Notes: a model not told the origin generated them from the sequence alone. Positions 40,228 through 53,166 are shown, counted from the first letter of the stretch. The stretch is DNA of 64,000 nt from Octopus vulgaris (GCA_951406725.2 OX597819.1:56544001-56608000); one strand, 5' to 3'. A program made the numbers and translations.

Positions 40228-40471
40228 GGATTTATGCATATATAAATTTATGTATATTTTTCATATATTTATGTATATATGTGTGTTTGTCTTTGTGAGT
40301 TTGTGTGAAGTTGATGACCCCGTATCCTAGCGATTCGGCAAAAGAAACCGATGGAATAACTACCAGGTTTGAAAAAAAATATCGACTGTGGTCGATTCCT
40401 TGGACAAGTTCCCTAACGCATGGGCTCAATCTAATGACTGAAACAAATAGAAGGTAAAAGATATATATACA

Positions 40472-40861
40472 TGTGGTAAGTAGCTTGCTTACCAACCACA
40501 TGGTTCTGGGTTCAATCCCATTGCGTGGTAACTTGGGCAAGAGTCTTCTACTATAGCCTCGGGCCGACCAAAGCCTTGTGAGTGGATTTGGTAGACGGAA
40601 ACTGAAAGAAGCCCGTCGAATATATGTATATATATATATATGTATGTGTGTGTATATGTTTGTGTGTCTGTGTTTGTTCCCCCAACATCGCTTGACAACC
40701 GATACTGGTGTGTTTACGTCCCGGTAACTTAGCGGTTCGGCAAAAGAGATCCGATAGAATAAGTACTAGGCTTACAAAGAATACGTGCTAGGGTAGATTT
40801 GCTCGACTAAAGGCAGTGCTCCAGCATGGCCACAGTCAAATGACTGAAACAAGTAAAAGAG
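40472..40861 (+). mobile_element. SINE family A, nearly full length
   Basis: Highly similar to 47486-47890, including the internal (TA)/(TG) tract. Confidence 0.9.
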
Positions 40862-40899
40862 TATAATATATATATGTATATGTGTGTGTGAATTATTTT

Positions 40900-41075
40900 A
40901 TTCTTTTATTCTCTTGTTTCAGTCATTTGACTGTGGCCATGCTGGAGCACCACGTTTAGTCGAAGAGATCGACCCTAGGACTTAATCATTGTAAGCCTAG
41001 TACTTATTCTAAAGGGGCCTTTCGCTGAACTGCTAAGTTACGGGGACGTAAACACACCAATCCCGGCTATCAAGT
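40900..41075 (-). mobile_element. SINE family A 3' half, inverted relative to the 40472 copy
   Basis: ttgtttcagtcatttgactgtggccatgctggagcac..taagcctagtacttattcta..ctaagttacggggacgtaaacacacca. Confidence 0.85.
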
Positions 41076-41247
41076 TGTAGTGAGACCCCCCCCACCCACC
41101 CACACGCGCACACATATAATGTCAAAATAAGCAACACGAGGTCAAGTAGTGATGTAGTACGGACTTTTCAAGCGACTCCATTTAATTGAACAATGCTATG
41201 ATTATATCAATTTTAATGCAGTGCAATCTTCAACTGCATAAATAAGA

Positions 41248-41522
41248 CCTTGTGAGTGGAGTTTGGTGGACGGAAACTAAAAGAAACCATCGTATATCAA
41301 TATATTTATGTGTGTGTGTATGTGTTTGTCCCCCACTACCGCCATCACTTGTCAACTGATGTTGGTGTACTTACGTCCCCAAAACCTAGCGGTACAGCAA
41401 AACAGACCGATAGAATATGTACTAGGATTAGAAAGAAAAAGTCCTGGGATCGACTAAAGGTGGTGCTCAAGCATGGTCGCAGTCAAATGGCTGAAACAAG
41501 TAAAAAAATAAAAGAATAAAAG
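41248..41522 (+). mobile_element. SINE family A, 5'-truncated and decayed
   Basis: ccttgtgagtgga..ggaaactaaaagaa..gcagtcaaatggctgaaacaagtaaaa. Confidence 0.8.
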
Positions 41523-41561
<39 letters not shown>

Positions 41562-41587
41562 ATGTGTGTGTAGTTATACATATAGTC

Positions 41588-42798
41588 TATATAAACGACA
41601 TTTCAGGAGTCATCAAACAGCAAAACTAAAATATTCGCCGATGACCCCAAGATCCACAACATTATCAAAGTAGAAGAAAACCAAACTGAACCCCACTCTA
41701 GTCTACATTGTAAGTCAATGGATAGACAAAAACAAAACGTGACTGAATGAGGGAAAATTGGAACTGAAGTATTTTGGAAAAAGACTATGCTAAAGCATCA
41801 ATACTCTCTTCCCTTCAGGGGAACTGCTCACGGCATCTAATAGTACTAAAGACCTAGGAGAAATTGCTGACAACAATCTCAGCTGGAGTGCCCACATCAA
41901 CAACAAGGACGATAAGGCAGGGAGCTGGCAGAAACGTTAGCACGCCGGGCGAAATGCATAGCCGTATTTCGTCTGCCGTTACGTTCTGAGTTCAAATTCC
42001 GCCGAGGTCGACTTTGCCTTTCATCCTTTCGGGGTCGATAAATGAAGTACCAGTTACGCACTGGGGTCGATGTAATCGACTTAATCCGTTTGTCTATCCT
42101 TGTTTGTCCCCTCTATGTATAGCTCCTTGTAGGTAATAATGAAACAGATATAGGTCGTAGGACGAGCTCCTGGGCCTTAAGAACCTTCTGGTCCAGAGAA
42201 TAAGGCGTCATCATTCCTTTGTACGCTTCCAACTCGAATACTGATGCTCCCAGTGGTCATTCCACACAAAACAAAACATTTCAGAAACTGAATCATCCCA
42301 GAGGACATTCACTATAAGAATTAAAGGGATGACTGATCTCGATTTTTGGGATTGCATTAAAGCACTGAAACTCTATTCTCTCCAGCACCACCGTGAGCGA
42401 AACATCATTTGCACATGTGGAGAATATACCCCCAGTATTGCTCAACGACCTCAAAATTTGTTTCAGAATTCATCTAAGGCTAGGACCATGGGCTATAGTC
42501 CCCTTCCCAATTCAGGATTACAACATTGCAACATATATTTTTTATCCTCAACAGGCCTCTCACTATTTAACATTGTCCCAAAACAGATCAAAGAGGAAAA
42601 GAATCCCATCACCTTTAAACGGTATCTGGAAAAACTTCTTCAAGGGATGCCAGATAAGCCACCTATATCTGGATATAACTCACTCAAGAAGAACTCCCTA
42701 CATGAATGGACTTGACTGAAAAAAGATTTAACAAATCCTATCAGGTGGTGCTATTACGTTACACATGAATCGGCCCAACCTTTCGTCGAAACATATCT

Positions 42799-42803
<5 letters not shown>
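41588..42803 (+). mobile_element. Decayed CR1/L2-group LINE 3' portion, interrupted by a SINE
   Basis: KIFADDPKI (RT motif), KDLGEIADNNLSWSAHIN, KALKLYSLQHHRERNII, LFNIVPKQIK..FKRYLEKLL..PDKP. Confidence 0.8.
41914..42146 (+). mobile_element. SINE family B, young copy nested in the LINE
   Basis: gagctggcagaaacgttagcacgccgggcgaaatgc..gttcaaattccgccgaggtcgactttgcctttcatcctttcggggtcgataaa. Confidence 0.9.
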
Positions 42804-42849
<46 letters not shown>

Positions 42850-42884
42850 GAATTTTCCATGGTAGGATAATTCATTCACCTACT

Positions 42885-42929
<45 letters not shown>

Positions 42930-43010
42930 TTAAGGGTAGAAATTGATATTTATCAATTAAAACCAGTGGTCTAGCATATTAAAAAAGAATCCGAAGATTA
43001 AAATATTTAT

Positions 43011-43116
43011 ATATACCAATTAAGGACTGAACACGAAAAGAGGACAGTCAACATGCTAGATATAGACGTCAAATCTAGCATGTTGACTGTCCACTTTTCG
43101 TATTCAGTCCTTAATT

Positions 43117-43123
<7 letters not shown>
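43011..43123. repeat. ~51-bp-arm fold-back palindrome with 11-nt loop
   Basis: atataccaattaaggactgaacacgaaaagaggacagtcaacatgctagat / atctagcatgttgactgtccacttttcgtattcagtccttaattggtatat, 2 mismatches. Confidence 0.95.
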
Positions 43124-43159
<36 letters not shown>

Positions 43160-43215
43160 ATATTATATGTATTTTCTACATATAATATATATAGCGACGT
43201 CCGTACCCTCTTTGG

Positions 43216-43264
<49 letters not shown>

Positions 43265-43645
43265 TGTATAACAATATATCATAATGTATATTCTCCGATT
43301 TGAAGCGACAATTTTTAATTACAAACAAAAGCCCGAAAACTACATATTATTATGGTATATTATTATTCTACTTTGAGTCTTTCATAGTAGCTTTCTCTCC
43401 GCAACTTACAAACTCTTTCTAGTTTGTTTACAAATATTATATGTACTGTATATATATATGTATATATATATATATATAAACAAATCAAATTGCGATAAAA
43501 TAAAAATAATTATAATCGCTGGTATTACTAACACAAGCCATATATTTTTCATATATCAGTACATTAAGGCGAAATATGTGCTAGGAATACAGAAGCTTGA
43601 TAAATTAAGTGAAATGACGATAAAAACATTTACTAAACCGGTAAT

Positions 43646-43717
43646 TCTCAGACTGCAGTTTCTTTCTTTTCAGCAATAAAGATAATTTATTTGCTCAGGG
43701 AGAATTCTTCAGTGAGA
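43646..43717 (-). ncRNA. Type I hammerhead ribozyme (downstream copy)
   Basis: Minus strand UCUCA-CUGAAGA-[aUUCU..AGCA-a-AUAAA uuauc UUUAU-UGCU..AGAAa]-GAAAC-UGCA-GUC-UGAGA, with 5-bp stem I and palindromic ACUGCAGU stem III. Confidence 0.85.
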
Positions 43718-44041
43718 CCCTGTCTTTCTGGGATCCTAACTCACTAGAAGCATGTGCTTCTAATGATTTACTCTCCCTAACTAATCATAACACTGCGCAG
43801 ACTCCGAACGTCCCGACAAAACTAGGGAATTCTGGTATATCGCCTGGCGCTCGTAATTTATCGAGAAATATGTAAACAAATCAAATTGCGATAAAATAAA
43901 AATAATTATAATCGCTGGTATTACTAACACAAGCCATATATTTTTCATATATCAGTACATTAAGGCGAAATATGTGCTAGGAATACAGAAGCTTGATAAA
44001 TTAAGTGAAATGAAGATAAAAACATTTACTAAACCGGTAAT

Positions 44042-44113
44042 TCTCAGACTGCAGTTTCTTTCTTTTCAGCAATAAAGATAATTTATTTGCTCAGGGAGAA
44101 TTCTTCAGTGAGA
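44042..44113 (-). ncRNA. Type I hammerhead ribozyme (upstream copy)
   Basis: Identical to 43646-43717, offset by exactly 396 nt. Confidence 0.85.
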
Positions 44114-44166
44114 CCCTGTCTTTCTGGGATCCTAACTCACTAGAAGCATGTGCTTCTAATGATTTA

Positions 44167-44207
<41 letters not shown>

Positions 44208-44219
44208 CACACACATATA

Positions 44220-44250
<31 letters not shown>

Positions 44251-44524
44251 GTATGTATGTAAAACAAGCAAGCTGCCAAACTTGATAGTTTTCGTGTTTG
44301 CTAGCCAGTTACATATATATGTGTGCATGCAGGAGCTACTTAAATCTTTGCAAGCTCTTCTAAATCTGTTCCAATGGTGAAACCCTTCTGTATCGTCAGC
44401 AGTTATCCCACGGTCACAAACGTTTCGCACATTAGTCAGTGAGAGAGAGAGAGAGAGACAGAGAGAGGGAGAGAGAGAAAGAGAGAGAAAGAGAGAGAGG
44501 TCTTATAGATGCGTACATTTTATA

Positions 44525-44713
44525 TTCTTTTATTCTTTTATTTCTTTCAGTCATTTGACTGCGGCCATGCTGGAGCACCGCCTTTAGACGCAGAAATCGA
44601 CCCTAGGACATATTCTTTGTAAGCCTAGTACTTATTCCAAAGCACTCTTTCGCACAACCCCTAAGTTTTGGGGGCATAAACACACCGACATCGGTTGTCA
44701 ATCAATGGCAAGG

Positions 44714-44744
<31 letters not shown>

Positions 44745-44907
44745 CGACGGGCTTCTCTCAGTTTCCATCTACCAAATACGCTCACAAGGCTTTGGTCTAT
44801 CCGAGTCTATAGTAGAAGACACTTGCCCAAGGTGCTGGGCAGTGGAAATGAACTCGGAACCATGTAATCAGGATGCAAATGTCTTACCTTGCAACCACAC
44901 CTGCGCC
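44525..44907 (-). mobile_element. SINE family A, full length, decayed
   Basis: Reverse complement from ggcgcaggtgtggttgcaagg through gcggccatgctggagcaccgcc to an A-rich tail. Confidence 0.85.
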
Positions 44908-44924
44908 TATATATGTATATAGAG

Positions 44925-44963
<39 letters not shown>

Positions 44964-44964
44964 G

Positions 44965-45009
<45 letters not shown>

Positions 45010-45075
45010 CATACATACATACATACATACATACATACATACATACATACATACATACATACATACATACATACA

Positions 45076-45123
<48 letters not shown>

Positions 45124-45977
45124 ACGTATAAACGTTCGTGTGTGTACTTCTCTTGTTTGGACGTGCTTTCGTAAAACTGTGCAAGCAGAGAAACGTATAA
45201 AATTTATTAATTATGTAGTATATAGAAACACATTATCTTCTTTTGTTTGTGACAAATCACTTACAAAACTGTTTGAACCTTAAGTTTCAATAAACACTGC
45301 GTAAGACACATACTTCGCTGCCAAGTCTGACAGTTATGGAAGTGCGTATTGACATCGTGGTTACAGTGATGTTTGCGCTGGATGTGGCAATGGTGGTAGC
45401 TGTGTCGATTATGGTGGCTGTGGCGATGCTGGTAGCGCTGATGGAGGTGGTATTAGCGAAAGTCAATGGATAGTGAATACGACGGATGCGTCTAAATTTC
45501 CGGTTCCATTTTCTGACTATAAACAATAAATCTACCGTAACAGACTAGACGAGGAACAATGAATAAATTTAATGATATTAAATCTATAAATTTTGCCATA
45601 AAGTATGAATAAAACTTAGAAATCACTGTAAGGAAGGAGGGTGCTGGGGAAATCAATAAATTAGAAAATGTCCTATTATAAAGGCGATTCAATTGGACAA
45701 TGGATGTGCTACTAACGGTGCTGTGCTCTAGATCAGCGATCTAATATCTGATCAGTAAATTGTAATTTTCGAACTTATCAACATTTAATATGCAACTAGA
45801 AGATTTCATATTTATATATTTGATAATACACTGAGTGTATGGAAGCGTATTAATTCACGCATATGCGCACATAAGCACACTTGCACATACACATATCTCC
45901 GCATTTATACATATATTCACACATACGCACTTTCACGCTCACTCTGTGTATATGTGAGTGTGCGCGCGTATGTGTAA

Positions 45978-46035
<58 letters not shown>

Positions 46036-47485
46036 AAGAGAAAGAGAGAGAATGTGTGTGTTTTTGAATTAATGCAGGATGATATCAGTGAATCAGTCTT
46101 TATATCTGCAAAACACCATATTTCGTTATATTTCATGAACTACTACCCTTGTGTGAGTGTATACGGATATATGCATATACGCACACTGATATATGCATGC
46201 ATATACATACATGCATATATACATACACACAATTTTCTCTCTCTCTCTCTCTCACACGCACACACATACATAGTGAAAGAAGGAAGAAGCAGAAAACAGA
46301 CATGGATAAATCCAACTCAGTAGTGAAGATTTTGTTCAGAGTTAATACTGCTTCGGTACTAGAAAAATATGTCTGGAAAGCACCAGAGTAATAGCAAAAC
46401 AGAACGAATTTGAGTCTTACGAGGAAAAATACACAGGATTGACACATGTGACTGGTGCGATAAACATTAACAAATTTGGAATATTAACGGAGTGCCGACT
46501 TGAAAGAGAAACAACCGGAGGAAATGCTTGCGTACAGGGAAATTAGAAATATACTTTCGTCTTAATACCACGTGATGTAGAGAGAAATTTTGAATCTGTG
46601 TGATGTACGTGCAAGTAGTGTTTGAGATAAGGAGGAACAGATTGCATGGAAGGAAATAGAAAAAAATAGAGGGTAAGGAACAGCGAAAGTTAGTCTGAAT
46701 CAAAGTAAGAAAAAACAAATCTGTTTCGAGGAAAATTAATAGTGTGTATGGAGAAATGGAATCAAAATTACAATAGAAGATGGAGTGATAATTCATGGAA
46801 AGGGCAATGTCGACCTTCGCAAAACTTGAACCTACAATGTCTTTATGTGTCAATAGACTAGTGACGATATAACACACACAAATGAAGATAATGTTAGAGA
46901 ATAATGTAGACGCATTAGATTAATAAATAAAGCAGAACTAGAGGTAATAGGCAACAATATTCTAATTTTTCCAGTAATAGTTAACAGTCATAATACTTTT
47001 ATCGAAATGAACTAGCTAACGACCCCTAAAGTAATGGCTGCTTTTTTTTTACACATCGCATATAATCTCATAGAGGACGTTTATATTTATCACAAATACA
47101 GGCGGAAAGTAACTTATGCACATAGAAAACTGATATGAAATATACAATATAAGTCTAAGTATATAGATATTTGGTGTAGAACGGTGGTAAAACCTTAAAA
47201 GAGGATACAACTGCGAACAAAATAAAAGTATGTTTTCTGAATTCAAATGCCAAATACATACCGGTGGCTGAAATGACGGACAGTACCAAAAAGAAAGGAA
47301 TACGGCAGAGATTGTAAAACAAGAGAAACACTAAACTAAAATTTGCGCTATGATTTGTTATAATAGAACATTAATAGAAAGAACATCCTCCATAAACGAT
47401 GTATAAAAGAAGTATCAGAAATCTTCCAACACTGAATGACATGAAGTTACTGAAGGATTTTTCGCCTTTTCATGAGAAACCCAGA

Positions 47486-47890
47486 GGCGTAGGAGTGGCT
47501 GTGTGGTAAGTAGCTTGCTTACGAACCATATGGTTCCGGGTGCCGTCCCACTGCGTGGCACCTTGGGCAACTGTCTTCTACTATAGCCTCGAGCCGACCA
47601 AAGCTCTGTGAGTAGATTTGGCAGACGGAAACTGAAAGAAGCCCGTCGTATATATATATATGTAAATGTATATGTATGTGAGTGTATATGTTTGTGTGTC
47701 TGTGTTTGTTCCCCCAACATCGCTTGACAACCGGTGCTGGTGTGTTTACGTCCCCGTAACTTAGCGGTTCGGTAAAAGAGACCGATAGAATAAGTTCTAG
47801 GCTTACAAAGAATAAGTCCTGGGGTAGATTTGCTCGACTAAAGGCGGTGCTCCAGCATGGCCGCAGTCAAATGACTGAAACAAGTAAAAG
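47486..47890 (+). mobile_element. SINE family A, full-length reference copy
   Basis: tRNA-like head with A box TGGCTGTGTGG and B-box region GGTGCCGTCCC (GGTTCAGTCCC in the 28419 copy), CORE-like ccttgggcaa.tgtctt, internal (TA)n/(TG)n tract, tail gactgaaacaagtaaaag. Confidence 0.92.
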
Positions 47891-49899
47891 TGTAAACAAG
47901 AAGAGACACATGTAATCAAGTAGTTTTAATTAAGTAATTAATGGAAGTGTTAATGCAACAAGCAATCTCTGGCTGTCCAAGTAGTTTTATCAACAATAAA
48001 TACACGAGTTGTGCTGATGAAAAAGTACTTAAGAAAGCATTCAGCACGAGTAGAAACAATATAATGCAATGCAATGTAACACAATGAGTTGGAAAAGTTC
48101 GATTCACATCATCTGTCTTCACAAGTGGGGGGTGAAAAATTATTTCAGGTATGCTTAAAATGTTAAACAATGAGAGAGATATCTCTTATAATTTCAACTA
48201 AACCAGAAATGAAAGCAAAGCAGGATTAGATCCCGTTCTGCAAATAATCAGCTGAAGGAAAATATATATTATGATCTTGGTTTTCCTCATCAACGAAGCA
48301 TATTTACCGGCTGGCTAGATGTAAAAGCGATAAGCATACATAGAGATAGAGAGGAAGTCAGACAATAGTTACACTGTGTAGCAAAATTTTTATTGATTTT
48401 GTCTTTGGTCTGTAACTGTTATTTCTTGTTTTCTTTTATCTAGAAATCAAAAGAAATGACTACGATTCCCTTCAAAGTCTGCTTTTGTGACCTGGATATC
48501 AATGTTTTGAAACTGATGTATTTTCATTTCTGACGTATTTACATTTCTGACAGATTCAGCGCTGAGATGCTGAAGCAGATATAACGTTATAGAAAATATT
48601 CTCCTAACACAAATTTGTTCGTCTGTTGCATGGCTTTTACAACTTGAATACGTCCTTAATGTGTCCTTAATGACAATGTGTGCATCTCTGAATATGAGTA
48701 GGAGTAGTGGGGCGCATCATAATGTTGAGAGGGATTCTTTTGTGTTTGAATGAATGTAACAAAAATAAAGTTTGAAGGAAATATGAGCCATTTTTCATAC
48801 TTTCTAGGGATAAGCCGATAAGAAATAAGTGTTGCTACCCAAAGACAAAAATGTGTTACAGTGTCAACAATAGGGCTATGATAAAAAAAAGCAAGGAGTC
48901 GAAGTAGATTACATTCAGTATGTTAAATACACTTATAGAATATCACAAATGTTATATAGCAAATATACTATATTCGTTAATATGAAATTACCTTTGTAAT
49001 TAGAAAACAAAACTCCCTCTTGACGGGTTTAAAAATATAAGAACCATAAAGAGATCATGGCGATAATATCAGTTAAACGAAAGTTATTAGTCAATGCAAT
49101 TGAGAGTGGATTTTTTCGGTGCGAAAGTGTCGATGCTTACAAACGTTGACAGTATACAAGAAATTACAGCAAAAAAATATGATTTATCGAACATTCAAAT
49201 CTGTCTAAGAGAAAAACAAAGCAACGATACCATGAAACTTTCTAATCCACAGACAAGTAGATCAAAGCTAATCTGCCAGATATTGTTATCAGGGACGACT
49301 GAATAACACTCCTATTCGAAGTGTAATCCCCAAAGAAAGCGATATATCGCTCGAAAGAAATTCATGGAGAAATTGTTCAGATAATTCTGGAACTTGAAAT
49401 AAATAGAATATTTGTTGTCCAAACCGAATCAGTGTATATAATAATAGGTAATGTAGAAAGCTTAAAACAAGTAAACAAGTATACACACGTGCGGGCGCAC
49501 ACCCACACCCACAAACACACTCTCATACACACTCACACACAGTCTCACATACACACTCACACACATATGAATATATATATAGATTGATATTTATTTATCT
49601 ATCATTCTAACAGTCTATCAATATGCGCGCGTGTGTGTGTGTAAGTGTTTTTGTATACACACATATGTATATGTATGTATACAGAGAAGTCTCACAAGAC
49701 TTACAGATATACCTTACAAATACAACCAACATATAGAATATATCAGTACATGACATTGAACATACGTAGAGTACTTTCCGTAAACATGAAACACTGCACA
49801 TGATTCAGAGATCAATCATCGAAGAAAGAGGTCATAGATAAAGAATATAAAAGGAAAAAGGATGGTCAGGCTGTCTTTCGGATTATGCTCCAGAAATCT

Positions 49900-51100
49900 T
49901 TTGAACCTGTTACAGTGATCATGGCGTTAAAATCGTAAGTGGAGCATCGTTGATGATAAGTGGGAACTACAAACATGACATGAAAGAACGATACTGCGAG
50001 AAAAACAAAAGAGGGAATTATAGAAACGAAACCCAGCTGATAGATTAATATCGTAATCCGACTCTGAGTCTATATTTTACGGTAATGCTCTACATACTGC
50101 ACTTCCACACCGAACCAGCAGAACACCGATACCAATATTATGGGAGCAATATGTGTCCAAATTGCATATATATATTTCTTTACTACCCACAAGGGGCTAA
50201 ACACAGAGGGGACAAACAAGGCTGACAAACGGATTAAGTCGATTACATCGACCCCAGTGCGTAACTGGTACTTAATTTATCGACCCCGAGAAGGATGAAA
50301 GGCAAAGTCGACCTCGGCGGAATTTGAACTCAGAACGTAACGGCAGACGAAATACGGCTACGCATTTCGCCCGCGTGCTAACGTTTCTGCCAGCTCGTCG
50401 CCTTCAAACTGCATATATAGATGTAGAGATGACTTCAAGTTTTACGCTGCAGTTAAGAAAGAACTGGAAATACAGCCACAAAAGTATGTAGATTCAGTAG
50501 ACTAATTACCATGAAATTGGGGTTAGGGAAATGTATCATGGCGACCTTGAAGGAAGGAAAATAAATAAAACTCATTTATATCATGGGAGATAAAGATACA
50601 CTATTTGCATTTTCTAAGTATTTGCAACTCAGAGATGTAAATACTTAGGAATTAATGAATCAGACATAATACAAAAGACACAAGTGAAAGAGAAAACAGT
50701 TAAGAACGAATATTATAGATGCATTAGCTTAATACATAAAACAGCGGGAATTGTTCAAAATACGATAATACATACCAGTATTCTGTCTATAATACGTAAT
50801 AGTTAAATATTCTCTACAGGAAGTTAAGTGAATTAGAAAGACTAGACAGGAAAACAAGAAAAATAATGATCGCATTTAGAATACTGTCTCAGAATGTCTG
50901 AAAGAAAGATAGCATTTAAGACGAAAAGTAGGAGGAAGGGTTTTCATCAACTAGAAAATTTATATAAAATGTGTATTGTGCGAATACAGTGTAAGATTCA
51001 AGAAAATATCAATGGCCAGTTGAAATAAATAGCAATGGAACATGGATTATGATTTCTTTTCTGCCTTGAAGCAGGCTAGCAAATATAGATACGTGGTTAA
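49900..51100 (+). mobile_element. Highly decayed R4/Dong-like RT fragment interrupted by a SINE
   Basis: DDFKFYA (~50428), LGKCIMATLKEGK, KYLGINES (~50640) and ERLDRKTRKIM are collinear with the RT of the 56-60 kb element. Confidence 0.6.
50172..50404 (-). mobile_element. SINE family B with 14-bp TSD
   Basis: Reverse complement of the 41914 copy. TSD caaattgcatatat (50158-50171) / caaactgcatatat (50405-50418). Confidence 0.92.
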
Positions 51101-52760
51101 GGTAACAGGCAACTGCGAGTGGGATTGGAAAGAAGAATTAAAAAAGGAGAGATGTAAAACAAAATTTGTTATATCCCTTAAGCTTTCCTCTTTATACTTT
51201 TATTTAAGTTTCCAACTTCACAGCCTACTGTAAGTTAACTTAATCTTGAAGGGATCATCTCCCCAGTGATAGCTAAACACCAGTGGTAAAATACGAGTTT
51301 AAACTACGCCAGTTGCAATTTCTTAAAATATTCATTGCAAACTATTCACAAGAGACGCAACAAGATGAACATAAAAAATGTCTCTTTTAACACATTATGA
51401 CAGCTAGAACATGGAATAGCAGCCTGAAATGTTTATAGGCACCCGGATAGAAAATACCTAAATAGACTTGTGAAATTTGTTCGTAGTGAAGGCATTAATT
51501 GTAACTACATGAAGAACTATTCTGCAAGTGATACTGGCTCTGTCGAGATTTGGAATCTTGGACAGAAGGTGATGGGGGGCGATATCAGAGAAACAACCCA
51601 TCTGCTGGACCGATTCCCTAGTGGACTGGCATGAATCCTTCTAGATAAACTCTTTTCAATCGATTTCAGTTGAAATGATCCGTTCGGCTGGAATGTGAAG
51701 ATCAAATTTATCACTCTTCATTAATATCATATTCTGCGTACGGAGCACAAGTGTCTCGGGCGTCATTGGCAGCAGCTTTGGAACCTTAATTAAAATCGAA
51801 GAGAGATGTTTGTGAAAGATCCTTTTATTCTACTTGACAATTCATCGATATATGTCGGAAAGCAGGTAAAATATATTCAAATTCCAAAAGCTAAAAACAA
51901 AAGTTACAGAGGAAGTATGGTGCTTAAAGAAAAAGAAAAAAAGGAAAACAAACATGAAATCCTAGGGCGAAATATTTTCATGTTAATTTAAATAACATTG
52001 GCAGGAAAGAAGCAAAAAATATCTGTGAATCCAACATTATACATCTTCTTTAGTGAATATGCTTGTTCCACACCTTGATATTAACATTTAAAATGGGTCC
52101 CATCATTATGAGATACTCTGTATAAATAGGGCTATTTGAATATTAAGAAATGCAGTCAACGTTAAAGGAATTAACTATTGACGTATTGCTTGGGTAAAGC
52201 AGCCAATAATTTAAGGATTCCACAGCAAAATAAAACATAGATAAATGTATAAAGCATAAAATGTTTAAATTTGCAGTTCTTTGGCTGCCCAGAGACAAAT
52301 ATTCTGAAGAAAATAATAACTGAAAACTGTAAGTAGAATCATACGCAATCATGCTTCTCTTATATGATATTAAAACAGTTTAGTGAGAAAATATTTATTT
52401 TACACAAGCAAAATATAAAACTACATAAAATTAAAATAAAAAAAGTGCGAGAATTTAATTTATCACTATGAATAGAAAAGATCACATCTATAGCTTGAGG
52501 AGATATCTGTAAACTCCAAGTGTCATTTTCAAAACGTATATTTATGGAAGATAGTTGCAAGTAGTATTTCTTTTGCAGAGATTGTTTTAAATCACTGGCA
52601 GAAGATTGAAAAGAAAGTTTTATGAAATTACATTCTATTCAATTAATCAATATCAGTGAATTTTAAGTTAGAAAACTCCAGTAATACAGAGGAATTATTA
52701 AAGATATGTATACATATATCAAGAGAAATAGACACAGGTGTGTGTGTATATGTGTGTGTG

Positions 52761-52799
<39 letters not shown>

Positions 52800-53166
52800 T
52801 ATATACATTGACACATATATGCACACTCACGGTCACACAGATACATACACTCACAAACATATATGCGTATATATTTATATATATGCGTGCATGTGTGAGT
52901 GTGTACGTGAGCTTGTAGAAAGACATTAACAAGCATTTAATATTGGAATCAGTCTTGATTTGTAAAATTGCTTGCCATTTATTTTCATTTCTTTCTTGTT
53001 ATGGCGTTGTACAGCAGAGAGGGTTTGAAGCAGTATCACATAACCAGTATTCTCCTGGTCGATTCAATTATAACTAATTGGAAACCAACCGTCCCACGAG
53101 TATTTTAATTTGTTCAATAAGAATAGTATTGCGGTCATAAAATCTGGTGTCATTGTTGTTAGTAGC

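Larger units (their letters stand above)
43477..44171 (-). mobile_element. 1.75-copy tandem of a 396-nt hammerhead-containing unit (non-LTR retrozyme / Penelope pLTR-like)
   Basis: 43477-43775 repeats at 43873-44171 (one mismatch seen). Each copy carries a hammerhead on the minus strand. No meaningful ORF. Flanked by (TA)n and (CT)n(TA)n. Confidence 0.85.

Noticed and set aside
48011-48047. gtgCTGATGA..GAAAgcattcagcac hammerhead-like string
   Set aside because: Stem I is out of register. Better explained as a simple gtgctga/tcagcac hairpin.
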